From: Burkholderiaceae bacterium
Lineage (GTDB): Bacteria; Pseudomonadota; Gammaproteobacteria; Burkholderiales; Burkholderiaceae_B
Length of the DNA: 54,070 nt
Direction: 5' to 3'
NCBI GenBank assembly: GCA_041678385.1
Contig: JBAYOJ010000001.1
Span: forward strand, 1 to 54,070
Position 1 is the stretch's first letter, and each line of letters starts with the position of its first letter. Positions 1 to 10,388 of the stretch are shown here, one piece after another. A model generated the notes under the pieces. That model was not told the origin of the DNA and did not search any database. It saw only the letters and a program-made list of their open reading frames with translations. The translations under genes were made by a program, and so were the position numbers.

Positions 1-98
1 GCCGGAAGGCTCTGGGCCACGCTGTCGGCCATCGGCAGCAGCGCCAGAAAGGCGACGATGAGCGCCCAATAGGTCAACCTGCCCACGGCGAGGTTCAT
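1..98 (-). CDS. fliP: Flagellar export protein FliP, N-terminal part (runs off window)
   Basis: ATG at 98 overlaps the fliO stop (ATGA); signal-peptide-like MNLAVGRLTYWALIVAFLALLPMADSVAQSLP; position after fliO. Confidence 0.75.
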   Translation of the reverse strand, partial: MNLAVGRLTYWALIVAFLALLPMADSVAQSLP

Positions 99-427
99 GG
101 CTGGTGCTCATGTTGACGGGCGGCCTGCAGGTGCCCGTAAAAAGCCTGCTCGGTGGCTGCCTCGGCCTGTTCCCGGGGGCCCTCGATCTGATGCAGGACA
201 CAAATATGCTGTGCTGTCAGGCCCAGCAGCAGCTCCGTGTCATCGACCCTGATCAGGCAGAGCTGGTTGCGCGGCCCCAGGCGCCGGGTTTCCAAGGTGC
301 TGATGCGGGCGTTGCGCTTCAGTGGTGTCAGGTAGCCGCTGCGGTGGGCCAGCCAGGCCAGTGCCAGCAGCAGGCCCACCACTGCAAGCAGGGCGAGCGC
401 TACGCGCAGCAGGGCCAGGTCGTCCAT
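95..427 (-). CDS. fliO: Flagellar biosynthesis protein FliO
   Basis: 110 aa, N-terminal TM helix, LGPRNQLCLIRV..ELLLGLT motif; synteny. Confidence 0.9.
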   Translation of the reverse strand: MDDLALLRVALALLAVVGLLLALAWLAHRSGYLTPLKRNARISTLETRRLGPRNQLCLIRVDDTELLLGLTAQHICVLHQIEGPREQAEAATEQAFYGHLQAARQHEHQP

Positions 428-430
428 GGT

Positions 431-997
431 TCAGCGGCGCTGGTTGATGCGGGCCAGGCGATCGGACGGGGTGATGATGTCGGTGATGCGCACGCCGTAC
501 TGATCGCCCACGACCACGACTTCACCTTGCGCGATCAGGTAGCCATTGATGTAAATGTCCATGGGTTCGCCCGCCTGGCCGTCGAGTTCGACCACCGAGC
601 CCTGGCCGAGTTGGAGGATGTTCTTCAGGGTGAGCTGGGTGCGGCCCAGTTCGACCGAGAGCTCCACCGGTATGTCCAGGATGCGATCGAGGCTGTTGCC
701 GGATGCCTGGGCCTCACCCTGGATGGGCTGGAAGATTCTTTCAGCCGCCGCGCTGGCCGTGCGTGCGGCGCTCTGTGCAGCCGCCGCCGTCGCGCCGCTT
801 GCCCTGGCCGTTTCGTCAGTGCCGGCCGTTTCGCCTGTACCCGCCGTTTCGTCGACGTTGGTCTGGGTGGTGCCGGCCGGGCCGGCCGCCGTCTGTGCGG
901 CCTGCTCTGCCAGTGCGGCAGCCCAGATGTCGTCATCGACTGCGGTGTCAGTGCCGGGGGCCGGATCGGTCTCGTTCGGGGGCGTGGTATCGCTCAT
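431..997 (-). CDS. fliN: Flagellar motor switch protein FliN
   Basis: C-terminal SpoA domain ILDIPVELSVELGRT...GEVVVVGDQYGVRITDI; DDIWAAALAEQ motif. Confidence 0.96.
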   Translation of the reverse strand: MSDTTPPNETDPAPGTDTAVDDDIWAAALAEQAAQTAAGPAGTTQTNVDETAGTGETAGTDETARASGATAAAAQSAARTASAAAERIFQPIQGEAQASGNSLDRILDIPVELSVELGRTQLTLKNILQLGQGSVVELDGQAGEPMDIYINGYLIAQGEVVVVGDQYGVRITDIITPSDRLARINQRR

Positions 998-2010
998 GTC
1001 GGCTTCTCGGAAGAAAGGGTGTCATGTTCGCTCGACGGCAGGAGCAGATCCTTGATCCGCAGGGCAAGGTGGCCGTTCAGGGAACCATAGTGACAATCGA
1101 AGATGGGGACGTCATGGACGCGCGCCGTGACCGTATCCTGCAGTTCGATGGGCAGCACATCGCCGACCGAAAGCGCGAGCACTTCGGCGACGGTGGCCTG
1201 GATGCGCGAGAACTCGGCATTCAGGCAAACGGTGGCGCTGGTGATCTCATGGCCCAGCTGCTCGTGCCAGCGCTGATCGATGGCATTGCCGGTATCCTGC
1301 AGCAAGGGCCGGATCAGGATGTCACGCAGGGGTTCTATCATCGAGTAGGGCAGGCATATGTTGAGCTTGCCGCCCGTGGAGCCCAGTTCGATATTGAAGC
1401 TGGATACTACGACGATGTCATTGCTGGTGCTGATGCTGGCGAACTTGGTGTGCATTTCTGAGCGGATGTATTCGAATTCGAGCGGGTGGGCCGGCTCCCA
1501 GGCCTTGCCGTAGCACTCGAGCGTCTGGTTCAGCAGCCTGTGGATGATGCGCTGTTCGGTGTTGGTGAATTCGCGCCCCTCGATCCGGATGCCGAAGCGG
1601 CCGTTGCCCCCGAACAGGTTGTCGACCACCAGAAACACCAGGTTCGGGTCGAACACGAACAGCGCAGCCCCGCGCAAGGGGCGCAAGGCCACCATGTTCA
1701 GATTGCTCGGTACGGGCAGGTTGCGTTCGAATTCACCGTATTTCTGGATGCGCAGGGGATTGACCGTGATATCGGCGTTGCGACGCATGAACCCAAAGAA
1801 CATGGTGCGCAGGTAGCGCGCAAATCGCTCGTTGATGTGTTCCAGCGTCTGCATCCGATGCCGAACGACCCGATCGGGTGAGCTCAGGTCGTAGGTTCGG
1901 ACGCTTTCGGAGGGGATCCCGTCGTGCTGGGTGTTTTCGGCCTGCTCGCCGGTGACCCCGGCGAGCAGGGCATCGACCTCTTGTTGGGACAGCATGCTGT
2001 GATATGACAT
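994..2010 (-). CDS. fliM: Flagellar motor switch protein FliM
   Basis: LSQQEVDALL CheY-binding motif; INERFAR; SpoA C-terminus. Confidence 0.97.
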   Translation of the reverse strand: MSYHSMLSQQEVDALLAGVTGEQAENTQHDGIPSESVRTYDLSSPDRVVRHRMQTLEHINERFARYLRTMFFGFMRRNADITVNPLRIQKYGEFERNLPVPSNLNMVALRPLRGAALFVFDPNLVFLVVDNLFGGNGRFGIRIEGREFTNTEQRIIHRLLNQTLECYGKAWEPAHPLEFEYIRSEMHTKFASISTSNDIVVVSSFNIELGSTGGKLNICLPYSMIEPLRDILIRPLLQDTGNAIDQRWHEQLGHEITSATVCLNAEFSRIQATVAEVLALSVGDVLPIELQDTVTARVHDVPIFDCHYGSLNGHLALRIKDLLLPSSEHDTLSSEKPT

Positions 2011-2499
2011 TTATTGCACCACAAACGCAGTGAACAGCACCTCTGCTATGTCCAGGTTTCGAGTTGGGTCGGACAGCGGGCGGCTGAGCTCCTGGCGAAG
2101 TTCTTCAGCCAGCTTGCGATGGCCTTTTGCGCGCCGCAGCGCGTCGGGATCCTGGCGCGACAGAATTGAAATGGTGCGGTCCCGGATCTCTGGCATGTAG
2201 TCCTGCAGGGTCTCTTTCGAATCGGTGTCTGCAAGCCTCAGGCTGATGCGTGCGTGCAGCATGCGGTTGCGTGTTTCTCCGTAGAGTGTCACGGTAAAGG
2301 GTTCGAGGCTGGCAAACAGCGGTTTGATGGCGGGTTGGGTTTCGGTGGCTTCAGGAGCCGGCTCTTCGCTCAGGGGCATGACCTGCCGGATGCTGGCCCA
2401 CGGATCGTCGCTGACCAGATAGGCGGTGCCCGTCGATATGCCGATGGCCAGCACGGCCAGCGCCAGAAATTTCAGCAGCCGGGAAATCAGCTTAGACAT
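2011..2499 (-). CDS. fliL: Flagellar basal body-associated protein FliL
   Basis: Single TM helix, LEPFTVTL, PEIRD, EVLFTAFVVQ C-terminus. Confidence 0.93.
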   Translation of the reverse strand: MSKLISRLLKFLALAVLAIGISTGTAYLVSDDPWASIRQVMPLSEEPAPEATETQPAIKPLFASLEPFTVTLYGETRNRMLHARISLRLADTDSKETLQDYMPEIRDRTISILSRQDPDALRRAKGHRKLAEELRQELSRPLSDPTRNLDIAEVLFTAFVVQ

Positions 2500-4228
2500 A
2501 GGTATCCACCAGCGCGTCAGGGCGCCTCAGCCGGCTTCTTTCCACTGCAGCGAGTGCGTCGCCCGAGCCGCTGGCTGCCGTGCCTGCTGGTGCCGCGAAG
2601 CGCCCCGGGCGTGAGCCATCGGACCCGGCGTCTTCGTGCCCGTGCCCTGCGGGGTGATCGTGGACGTTGGTCTGGCCCAGCGACACGCCGGCCTCTGCCA
2701 ATTGCGCCTGCAACTGGGGCAACGCGGCTTCGAGTGCCTGGCGTACGGGGGCGTGCGCAGTGAAGAAGACGGCCTGGGCCGTGCCGTCGTGCAGATCGAG
2801 CTGGATGTGAATCGGGCCCAGCTCGGCCGGGTGCACCTGCAATTGTATGTGGTGGCTGCCGTCGGGTGCCTGGCTGATGAACTGCACTACGCTCTGGCTC
2901 AGGCTGGCCGGCCACGCCGGCGAATTGACCGGTACTGGCAATGCAGGCGCGCTGTCGGGCCTCGGGGTGCCAGGCGCCATGTTGCCAAATGGGATGCCTG
3001 CTGTGGTGATGATTTCGGACGGGTCAGGTGCCGCACGGGTCAGTGTGTTGCTGGCTGGCAGAGGGGATGTGGTGCGGTCGTCGGCCGCGGCGGCGGCCGA
3101 CATGGCATGGGTTGAATCAAACGCCGGCGCGTGGCGCGTGCGGGCAGGATGACCGGCCTCTGGCCGGGCCAGGTGACCCGCCTCTGAACGCGGCCCGCGG
3201 CCTGCTTGTGGCGCATGCGCCGAGGGCGGCGCGGTGCGGCCTTCTGCCGTAGTCCATTGTCGAAGCCCGGCGTCGAACTGCGGCCCTGGTCGGCGTGCAG
3301 GCGGTGCGGCCTTGTGTGCGGCCGCTTCGGGTATGGCATTCGGTTGGCGCGGTGCGGCGATTGCGGCTGCCGTGGCGATGCCGGGTGTCGCCATGGGGTG
3401 GCTGGCTGATGCAAACGGTGCGTGCGCCGCAGCGCTGCGCTGCGCTGCCGGGCGTGAATGCGAGGGGGAAGCCGCAACGGCCTGCTGCAGCGCTTCAACG
3501 GCGGGCCGCGATGATGCTGGAGCGGATCTTGTTTCGGCCAGGGTTGCATCGGGGGGCGGGGCTACCCGTTCGGCTGGCCGTGCGGGCGTGCCGGCCACTG
3601 GCGATGCCAGTGACGCTGCCGGGGTGGTGGCCGTCATATTGGCGTGACCTGGCGCCATGTGTCTGGCCGTTGCCACAGGTGTGCCCGATGTGGCCGCGCC
3701 CAAGGGTACGGCACCTGTCGCTGCCAGCCGTGCGGTTGGGCCTGCAGGTTGCAGCGTGCCGCGCGCATGGCGTGCAGGGTGGTCTGCCACGCTGCGGGCG
3801 CCGGACCGTGTGCCTGAGCCTGGCCAGGCTGGTGCCCCGGCTCGCAGCGACTGGGCGTCTGCCGCAGATACGGTTGCCCCGGGCGTGCCTGCATCGTGCG
3901 CAAGCGCGCCCGGTGTCGGTGTGGGTTGGGGCGGCTGGTGCAACAAGACGGCCTGCCAGGGCGTATCAATGGGCGCCTGGCTGTCTTCGGGCCTGACCGG
4001 CCGATGGGCATGTACGCGTGGCGTATCCTGCGCGGGGCGTTCCGCCCGCTGCGTGCTGCCAGCGTTCTGCCGAATAGGCTGTCGAATGGCGGATTGCTCC
4101 TGGCCCAGCATGGCGACGAACCGATCGGGCGCCACGAGGCGATCACGTGTGCTTGCGCGCCCGGCCGGCCGGGGCGTCAGCGCGGGCTCGTGCGGACTGT
4201 TGGCGGTCGGATCCAATGGGCTTGGCAT
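2492..4228 (-). CDS. fliK: Flagellar hook-length control protein FliK (long, 578 aa)
   Basis: Ala/Pro-rich N-terminus; C-terminal domain QLQVHPAELGPI...VRQALEAALPQL...GVSLGQTNV; ends LVDTYV; between fliJ and fliL. Confidence 0.9.
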   Translation of the reverse strand: MPSPLDPTANSPHEPALTPRPAGRASTRDRLVAPDRFVAMLGQEQSAIRQPIRQNAGSTQRAERPAQDTPRVHAHRPVRPEDSQAPIDTPWQAVLLHQPPQPTPTPGALAHDAGTPGATVSAADAQSLRAGAPAWPGSGTRSGARSVADHPARHARGTLQPAGPTARLAATGAVPLGAATSGTPVATARHMAPGHANMTATTPAASLASPVAGTPARPAERVAPPPDATLAETRSAPASSRPAVEALQQAVAASPSHSRPAAQRSAAAHAPFASASHPMATPGIATAAAIAAPRQPNAIPEAAAHKAAPPARRPGPQFDAGLRQWTTAEGRTAPPSAHAPQAGRGPRSEAGHLARPEAGHPARTRHAPAFDSTHAMSAAAAADDRTTSPLPASNTLTRAAPDPSEIITTAGIPFGNMAPGTPRPDSAPALPVPVNSPAWPASLSQSVVQFISQAPDGSHHIQLQVHPAELGPIHIQLDLHDGTAQAVFFTAHAPVRQALEAALPQLQAQLAEAGVSLGQTNVHDHPAGHGHEDAGSDGSRPGRFAAPAGTAASGSGDALAAVERSRLRRPDALVDTYV

Positions 4229-4674
4229 CAGCGTTCCTGGGCTTTGGCTTGCAGCAATCGGGCTGCGATCTCGTCGTGCTCTCGTTGTTCGCGTCGCTGC
4301 AGCTGTTCGGCTTCCTGTTGCGTCTGGCGTTGCTGCAGGGTTTCATAGGCGTGCAGTTGACGCCGCTCGGCCGTCCAGTTCTGGCGCTGGCGGGCAACCT
4401 GGCCATCGAGTTGTGCAACGGCCTTATTCTGCTGTGAAATGGCGCCCTCCAATGTGGCGATGAAACGGTGGAAATTGGCATACTTTGCCGCACTCAGCCC
4501 GTGCCCCGCATCGGCCTGAAAGCGCTCGCGGTAGTCCTGGTGATATGCGTTGAGCTGGTTCAGCTGCGCCTCGGCCTGGGTGCGGCGGGCGTTCAGCGCC
4601 GACAGGCGTTCACCGGCCTGGTCGCAGTCTTCCTGCTTGAGCCTGAGCAGGGTGTCCAGTTGCGTTTTTTCCAT
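4228..4674 (-). CDS. fliJ: Flagellar export protein FliJ
   Basis: 148 aa coiled coil, NFHRFIATLEGAISQQ, REQREHDE. Confidence 0.93.
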   Translation of the reverse strand: MEKTQLDTLLRLKQEDCDQAGERLSALNARRTQAEAQLNQLNAYHQDYRERFQADAGHGLSAAKYANFHRFIATLEGAISQQNKAVAQLDGQVARQRQNWTAERRQLHAYETLQQRQTQQEAEQLQRREQREHDEIAARLLQAKAQER

Positions 4675-4681
4675 TGGATCC

Positions 4682-6127
4682 TCACGGTGATGATTTCAGG
4701 CCCAGCGCGGCATCGAGATCGGCCAGGGCCTGCGGATAGCCCACCCGCGTTTCGAAATCCTGCTGCAGATACGCCTGCAGCGCGGGATGGCGCGCAATGG
4801 CGTGGTCGGCCTGGGCATCCTGGCCGGCGACGTACGCACCCACCGTGATCAGGTCGCGATTGCGCTGGTACAACGTATCGAGCTGCTTGAATGCCTGTGA
4901 TTTCTGCAGTTGCGCCTTGGGCACGATGGCCGGCATCACGCGCGAAATGGACGCACCGGTGTCAATGGCAGGATAGTGGCCCGCGTCGGCCAGGGTGCGC
5001 GCAAGAACGATGTGCCCGTCGAGGATGGCGCGTGCCGCGTCGGCAATGGGGTCTTGTTGATCGTCGCCTTCGGTCAGCACGGTGTAGAACGCCGTGATGG
5101 ATCCGTGGATGTCGCCATCGCGCGCGCAGCCGTTGCCCGCGCGTTCGACCAGTGCCGGCAGTTTTGCAAAGACCGAGGGGGGATAGCCCTTGGTTGCAGG
5201 GGGCTCGCCGATGGCCAGTGCGATTTCACGCTGGGCCATGGCGTAGCGGGTGAGGGAGTCCATCAGCAACAGCACATGCTGGCCGTGCGCACGGAAATGC
5301 TCGGCCAGCCGTGTCGCGTAGGCGGCCCCTTGCAGGCGCAGCAATGGCGAGGCATCGGCCGGAGCGGCGACCACCACCGAACGCGCCAGACCGTCTGCAC
5401 CGAGGTTCTGTTCGATGAATTCCTTGACCTCGCGCCCACGCTCGCCTATCAGGCCGACCACGATCACGTCGGCCACGGTATAGCGCGCCATCATGCTGAG
5501 CAGCACGCTCTTGCCGACGCCCGAGCCGGCAAACAGCCCCATGCGCTGCCCGCGCCCGACGGTCAGCAGGCCATTGATGGCCCGTACACCGACATCCAGG
5601 ACCGAGCGAATGGGCGCGCGTTCGAGCGGATTGATTGGCTGCGTGTTCAGGCTGACCTGCTCCAGGCCCGGCGGTAGTGCATGGCCGTCGAGAGGGCTGC
5701 CCGCGCCATCGAGGATGCGCCCCAGCAAGGCGTGCCCCACAGGCACGCGGCGGGCCTGGGACAGGCCGTCAGACGTTTGCGTGCGAGCCGTACCCGACCA
5801 GTGGGGCAGGCCGGAGGCCTCGGGCACCTGGGCCAGCACGGCGGCACCGGGGCGCAGCCCGCTCATGTCGTTTTGCGGCATCAGGTAGAGTGTTTCGCCA
5901 CGAAAGCCGACCACTTCTGCATCCCCCCAGGTACCCGGCGGCCCCTCGAGGGCGATCCGACAAGCGGCACCCACCGGCAAACCGAGCCCGGTGGCCTCGA
6001 TGATCAGGCCCGTGGCCCGCGTGATGCGGCCCACCCGGCGGATGCCATCCACCGTCTGGATCTGCTGCGTCAGGCCAGCCAGGCGCTGCCGCAGCAGTTC
6101 GGTGATGTCGGTATGTATGGGGTTCAT
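4682..6127 (-). CDS. fliI: Flagellar export ATPase FliI
   Basis: Walker [41 protein letters not shown]. Confidence 0.97.
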   Translation of the reverse strand: MNPIHTDITELLRQRLAGLTQQIQTVDGIRRVGRITRATGLIIEATGLGLPVGAACRIALEGPPGTWGDAEVVGFRGETLYLMPQNDMSGLRPGAAVLAQVPEASGLPHWSGTARTQTSDGLSQARRVPVGHALLGRILDGAGSPLDGHALPPGLEQVSLNTQPINPLERAPIRSVLDVGVRAINGLLTVGRGQRMGLFAGSGVGKSVLLSMMARYTVADVIVVGLIGERGREVKEFIEQNLGADGLARSVVVAAPADASPLLRLQGAAYATRLAEHFRAHGQHVLLLMDSLTRYAMAQREIALAIGEPPATKGYPPSVFAKLPALVERAGNGCARDGDIHGSITAFYTVLTEGDDQQDPIADAARAILDGHIVLARTLADAGHYPAIDTGASISRVMPAIVPKAQLQKSQAFKQLDTLYQRNRDLITVGAYVAGQDAQADHAIARHPALQAYLQQDFETRVGYPQALADLDAALGLKSSP

Positions 6128-6978
6128 GGCGATGGTGGCCCATGACGGCCAGACGGGTCGCGCGCTTCAACCGCCATCCAGTCGGCTGTTTCGATTCGGG
6201 TCACGCCCGGTTCTTCGGGCCCGGAGGGCCCGCGCACATTTTCCAGGTCCAGATGTTCGAGCATCGCCTGCCAGCGGGTCTGCAGGCTTGCATCGATGCT
6301 GCCGTGAGGGGTCTGCAGCAGCAGGCCGCCACGTGCCACGGACGGATCGTGGCGCAGGCGCACCGGATGGGCGAGAAGATCCAGTATGGCGTGCAGGGCA
6401 TCGTGGTCGTCGGGGTGGATCACGATCTGCAGTTCCTGGCCCTCATGCAGGGCCTGTGCCTGAACCAGCCGCGTGGCCAGCGCCTGTATGTATTGAGCCC
6501 GGCTGGCAATTTCATGCTGCAGCACTTGCTCGGCAATGGCTACGGCCAGTTGCACCATGTCGTCTCCGATCGCGTGCTCGAGCTGCTGCAATGCCGCCTG
6601 TGCCGACGCGGTCAGTTGCGCCCATTGCGCCGCCTGCTGCTCGAGTGCCTCGCGGGCCTGTGCCTGGGCCTGCGCCAGACCCTTGGCCTCACCCGCTTGC
6701 AACCCTTTCTCGAAACCCGCGGCGTGCCCCTTGGCCTGTGCATCCTGCCAGCCTGCCGCATGGCCTGCCTGGCGCCCCTCTTCGAGACCGCTTGCATGCC
6801 CTTTGGCATAGCCTGCCGCGCGAGCGGCCTCGCGCAATTGCTCGAATTGTGTGCCGGAGGCGCTGGCGGGCGTTGGGCCGCCCGCTGCTTGCGCATCGCG
6901 GGCGTCGGACGCGCGCGCGGCCCGATTGACGCGCAGGCGCTGCATGGGCCAGGGCTGCCAGGGCAGGGTGTCAGACAT
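6124..6978 (-). CDS. fliH: Flagellar assembly protein FliH
   Basis: Likely start [10 protein letters not shown] (6978) overlapping the fliG end; AxxxG/GxxxG repeats; IHPDD, RGG..GSIDA. Confidence 0.9.
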   Translation of the reverse strand: MSDTLPWQPWPMQRLRVNRAARASDARDAQAAGGPTPASASGTQFEQLREAARAAGYAKGHASGLEEGRQAGHAAGWQDAQAKGHAAGFEKGLQAGEAKGLAQAQAQAREALEQQAAQWAQLTASAQAALQQLEHAIGDDMVQLAVAIAEQVLQHEIASRAQYIQALATRLVQAQALHEGQELQIVIHPDDHDALHAILDLLAHPVRLRHDPSVARGGLLLQTPHGSIDASLQTRWQAMLEHLDLENVRGPSGPEEPGVTRIETADWMAVEARDPSGRHGPPSP

Positions 6979-7981
6979 AGTCGTCTTCCCGTGTCGACAG
7001 CGAGATCTGGCCGGCGTCGGCGAGTTTTCGGGCCGCCAGCAAGATGGCCTTCTGCTCGGTCTCGACTTGCGAGACACGAACCGGCCCCATGGTCTCGATT
7101 TCGTCCTCGAGCATTTCCGCCGCGCGGCTGGACATGTTGCGGAAAAATTTCTGCCGCAGCTCGGGCGAGGCATTTTTCAGCGAGACGGCCAGAAGCTGGC
7201 TGTCGGTTTCTTCCAGAATCCGGCGCACGGAGGCATCTTCTACATCGATGAGGTTTTCGAATGTGAACATTTCGTCGATGATGCGCTGGGTCAGATCGCC
7301 ATCGGCTTCACGCAAGGCCGTGACCAGGGATTCTTCTTCGCTGGAATTGAGGAAATTGAGGATTTCCGCTGCAGTGCGCACGCCGCCCATGCGGGCGCGC
7401 TTGGCACCCTGGCCGGCGAGCACCCCGTTCAGCACGGCGGTCAGTTCCTGTAGCGCGACAGGCTGCACGCCGCCAAAGGTGGCAATGCGCAGCATGACAT
7501 CCTGGCGGATGCGTGCGTTGAGCAGCGTGAGCACCGCCGCGGCGCGATCGCGCTCGAGGTGTACCAGTATGGTGGCGATGATCTGCGGATGCTCGTTGCC
7601 GATCAGTTCGGCCACATTGGAGGGCTCGAGCCAGTTCAGCGCGTCGATCCCCGAACTGCTGCCCTGTGCGTTATCGAGAATATCATCGAGAATGGCGGCG
7701 GCCCGGTCCTGCCCCAGCGCCTTGACCAGCACCGAACGGATGTAGTCTCCGGATCCGAGCGTGACCGCCGTGAGCTGCTCGACTTCTTCACGAAAACGCT
7801 CGAGCACATGATCGACTTCGGCGCGCGACACTTGCTGCAGGCGGGCCATGGCCGCGCTGATCTGCTGCACTTCGGCCGCGCCCATGTATTTGAAGACTTC
7901 GGCGGCCGCATCCTCACCCACTGACATCATGAGGATGGCGCAGCGGGCCAGGCTGTCTTCATTGTCGGTCGGTTTCGGCAT
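6971..7981 (-). CDS. fliG: Flagellar motor switch protein FliG
   Basis: EHPQIIA, GGVRTAAEILN, MFTFENL, NMSSRAA, GPVRVSQVE. Confidence 0.97.
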   Translation of the reverse strand: MPKPTDNEDSLARCAILMMSVGEDAAAEVFKYMGAAEVQQISAAMARLQQVSRAEVDHVLERFREEVEQLTAVTLGSGDYIRSVLVKALGQDRAAAILDDILDNAQGSSSGIDALNWLEPSNVAELIGNEHPQIIATILVHLERDRAAAVLTLLNARIRQDVMLRIATFGGVQPVALQELTAVLNGVLAGQGAKRARMGGVRTAAEILNFLNSSEEESLVTALREADGDLTQRIIDEMFTFENLIDVEDASVRRILEETDSQLLAVSLKNASPELRQKFFRNMSSRAAEMLEDEIETMGPVRVSQVETEQKAILLAARKLADAGQISLSTREDDYV

Positions 7982-9578
7982 TCATCCAGCTCCTCATGAC
8001 CATGGCCACCGCCTGTGGATCCTGCTCGGCGAGCTCGCTGACGGTCTTGAGATTGTCGGTATGGCGGCTGGCCTGGGCGATGCGCTGGCTGTCATCCTGG
8101 GGGCGCGCCGGCTGACGCGGCACCGCCGCTTGTGCCCGGGGCTGGCTCAGGCTCTTGAGCAGTGTCTGGTACAGCGGGCGCAGCAGCGTACGCCAGGCGA
8201 ACAGCAACGCCAGCAGCCACAGCGCTACTTTGCCGGCCTGCCAGCCGATGTGCTGATAGAACGGGTCGCGCCAGAGTGGGATGTGCTGTGCGCGTTCATC
8301 GAATGCGGTATTGACGACACTGACGGTATCGCCGCGAGAGGCCGAATAACCCATGGCCCGCTTGACCAGTGTGTCGATCGCCTGGATCTGCGCGGCGTCA
8401 GGCGGATACAGTTCACCCTGTTCATTGCGATAGTTGATGACGACCGCGACCGAAAGATTCTGCAGCAGGCCACTGGCCTGGCGGGTATGGATGATAGTGC
8501 GATCCAGTTCGTAATTGATCGTGGCGTCGCTCTGCTCGTCGGTGGGCGGCACGCCGTTGGCCTGCGCAGTGGCTTCTGCAGGCGCGGCGTCGGTAGGAGC
8601 CCCATCGATGCTCGCTGTGGCCGGGGCGGGGGGCTGATTGCTCAGCGCGCCCGGCACGCCCTGGATGGGCACGACACCGGTGCGCATCGAGCGTGCGGTC
8701 TGCTTGCTGCGCACCGCGGCGGTACCGGCCCGCTCGTTGGGCGCATAGCGTTCGGACGTCTGCTCGTGCTGGGTGAAATCGATCTGGGCATTGACTTCTG
8801 CACGTACATTGCCCGGGCCCACGATCGGGTTGAGCAGCGTCAGGATGCGTTGCAGCGTTCTCTGCTCGATACTGGTGCGTTGATCTTCCTGTGCCGCGCT
8901 CAGGCCTTCGTCACCCTGGGTGGTCGACAGGAGCTGGCCGTCCTGGTCGATGACCGAGACCGATTCGGTAACCAGCCGCGGGACGCTGGCGGCGACCAGG
9001 CGCTGCACCGCGCGCACCTGCGCCTTGCTGAGGCTGCGTGCTGCATACAGGTTGACCAGCACCGACGCGGTGGGCTGCTCTTGTTCGCGGATGAACAGCG
9101 ACTGGCGTGGCAACGCCAGGTGAACCCGTGCCGACTGCACCGGGTGCAGGGCTTCGATGGATCGGGCCAGTTCGCCTTCCAGGGCGCGCTGATACTGGAT
9201 CTGTTCAAGAAACTGGCTGGCCCCGAATTTGGGCTCATCGAGCAGTTCGAACCCCGTGTTGCCGCTGCGTGGCAGGCCTTGCTCGGCCATCTGCAGGCGC
9301 AGGGCGTAGACTTGATCGGCCGGCACCAGAATGGTGGTGCCCTGGTTTTCGAACTGGTAGGGAATCTTGCGCTGTTCGAGGATATTGACGATGGCGCCGC
9401 CGTCGTGTGGTTCCAGGCTGGTGTACAAAGGCCGGAAATCGGGGCTGTGCAGCCACATGGCCACCATCACGGCCAGGATGGCAGCAGCGGTGATCGCCGC
9501 CACCAGCAGCGTTCTGGGTTGCGTGGCGATCTGCTGGAACCAGGGGTTGTTGCGGATCTGGTCGGTGAAGGCAGTCAT
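7959..9578 (-). CDS. fliF: Flagellar MS-ring protein FliF
   Basis: GFELLD, YQRALEGELARSI, SARVHLALP, GVPGALSNQP, NYELDR; two TM helices. Confidence 0.97.
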   Translation of the reverse strand: MTAFTDQIRNNPWFQQIATQPRTLLVAAITAAAILAVMVAMWLHSPDFRPLYTSLEPHDGGAIVNILEQRKIPYQFENQGTTILVPADQVYALRLQMAEQGLPRSGNTGFELLDEPKFGASQFLEQIQYQRALEGELARSIEALHPVQSARVHLALPRQSLFIREQEQPTASVLVNLYAARSLSKAQVRAVQRLVAASVPRLVTESVSVIDQDGQLLSTTQGDEGLSAAQEDQRTSIEQRTLQRILTLLNPIVGPGNVRAEVNAQIDFTQHEQTSERYAPNERAGTAAVRSKQTARSMRTGVVPIQGVPGALSNQPPAPATASIDGAPTDAAPAEATAQANGVPPTDEQSDATINYELDRTIIHTRQASGLLQNLSVAVVINYRNEQGELYPPDAAQIQAIDTLVKRAMGYSASRGDTVSVVNTAFDERAQHIPLWRDPFYQHIGWQAGKVALWLLALLFAWRTLLRPLYQTLLKSLSQPRAQAAVPRQPARPQDDSQRIAQASRHTDNLKTVSELAEQDPQAVAMVMRSWMNAETDRQ

Positions 9579-9812
9579 GGTTGTGCAGTCGTGGGCTGAC
9601 AGCCATTATGGGCATGACGAAGTACCGTACAAAGGTGGAAAACCATCGCTTTTCCGTGCCTGTTCGCACGCTATCCGGCGCGTGGCGGCCACTATGATCG
9701 TGCTCATGGTCTGTGGGCGAAATGCCATTTACGGCGTGCTGTGCCGATCTAAGGCGTGGCGTGCCGATCATTTCGCTCCGGTCCGTCCAGATAGTGCAAC
9801 AGCGGAACCATA

Positions 9813-10163
9813 ATGGACATTCAAGCCGTAAATCAGGTCGAGCAGATGCTGGCGCATATGCGTTCGGCCATGCGGGCCGCCCAGGGCGCTGCAACAGATC
9901 CCGTCACGACCCTGGCCTCTGGCGCCATGGGCGAGGCCCAGGGTGGCTTTGCAGCGGCCCTGGCGCAATCGCTCGACAAGGTGTCGAAAGCTGAAAACAG
10001 TGCCTATGCCCAGGCCCGAGCCTTCGACCTGGGGGTGCCCGACGTCCACCTGAGCGATGTCATGATCGATCTGCAGAAGGCCAATCTGGCCTTCCAGGCG
10101 ACCCTGCAGACCCGCAACCGGCTGGTCGAAGCCTATAAAGAGATCGCCAATCTGGCCATCTGA
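9813..10163 (+). CDS. fliE: Flagellar hook-basal body protein FliE
   Basis: LSDVMIDLQKA...RNRLVEAYKEI; divergent from fliF. Confidence 0.95.
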   Translation: MDIQAVNQVEQMLAHMRSAMRAAQGAATDPVTTLASGAMGEAQGGFAAALAQSLDKVSKAENSAYAQARAFDLGVPDVHLSDVMIDLQKANLAFQATLQTRNRLVEAYKEIANLAI

Positions 10164-10190
10164 GCGCCCCGTCCAGCGCCGCGCCGGGTG

Positions 10191-10303
10191 ATCGCAGCGG
10201 CATGCCATCGCAGCGCCAGACCACTGCAGCGGCATACATTGCGACGCCGAACCACCGCGGTGGCATGCCATCGCATGGGCATGTACCAGCGCAGCGCCAG
10301 ACC
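10191..10303. repeat. Degenerate ~16-bp tandem repeat (about 7 units)
   Basis: atcgcagcggcatgcc / atcgcagcgccagacc / actgcagcggcatac / attgcgacgccgaacc / accgcggtggcatgcc / atcgcatgggcatgtacc / agcgcagcgccagacc, between convergent genes. Confidence 0.7.
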
Positions 10304-10388
10304 ATCGCGCAGAGGCGCATCATGCGCATTCGCCTGGAACAGGGCGTCGGCCTGTCCGGGTGATCTGCCGAGATGCCCGAGAACGGAA

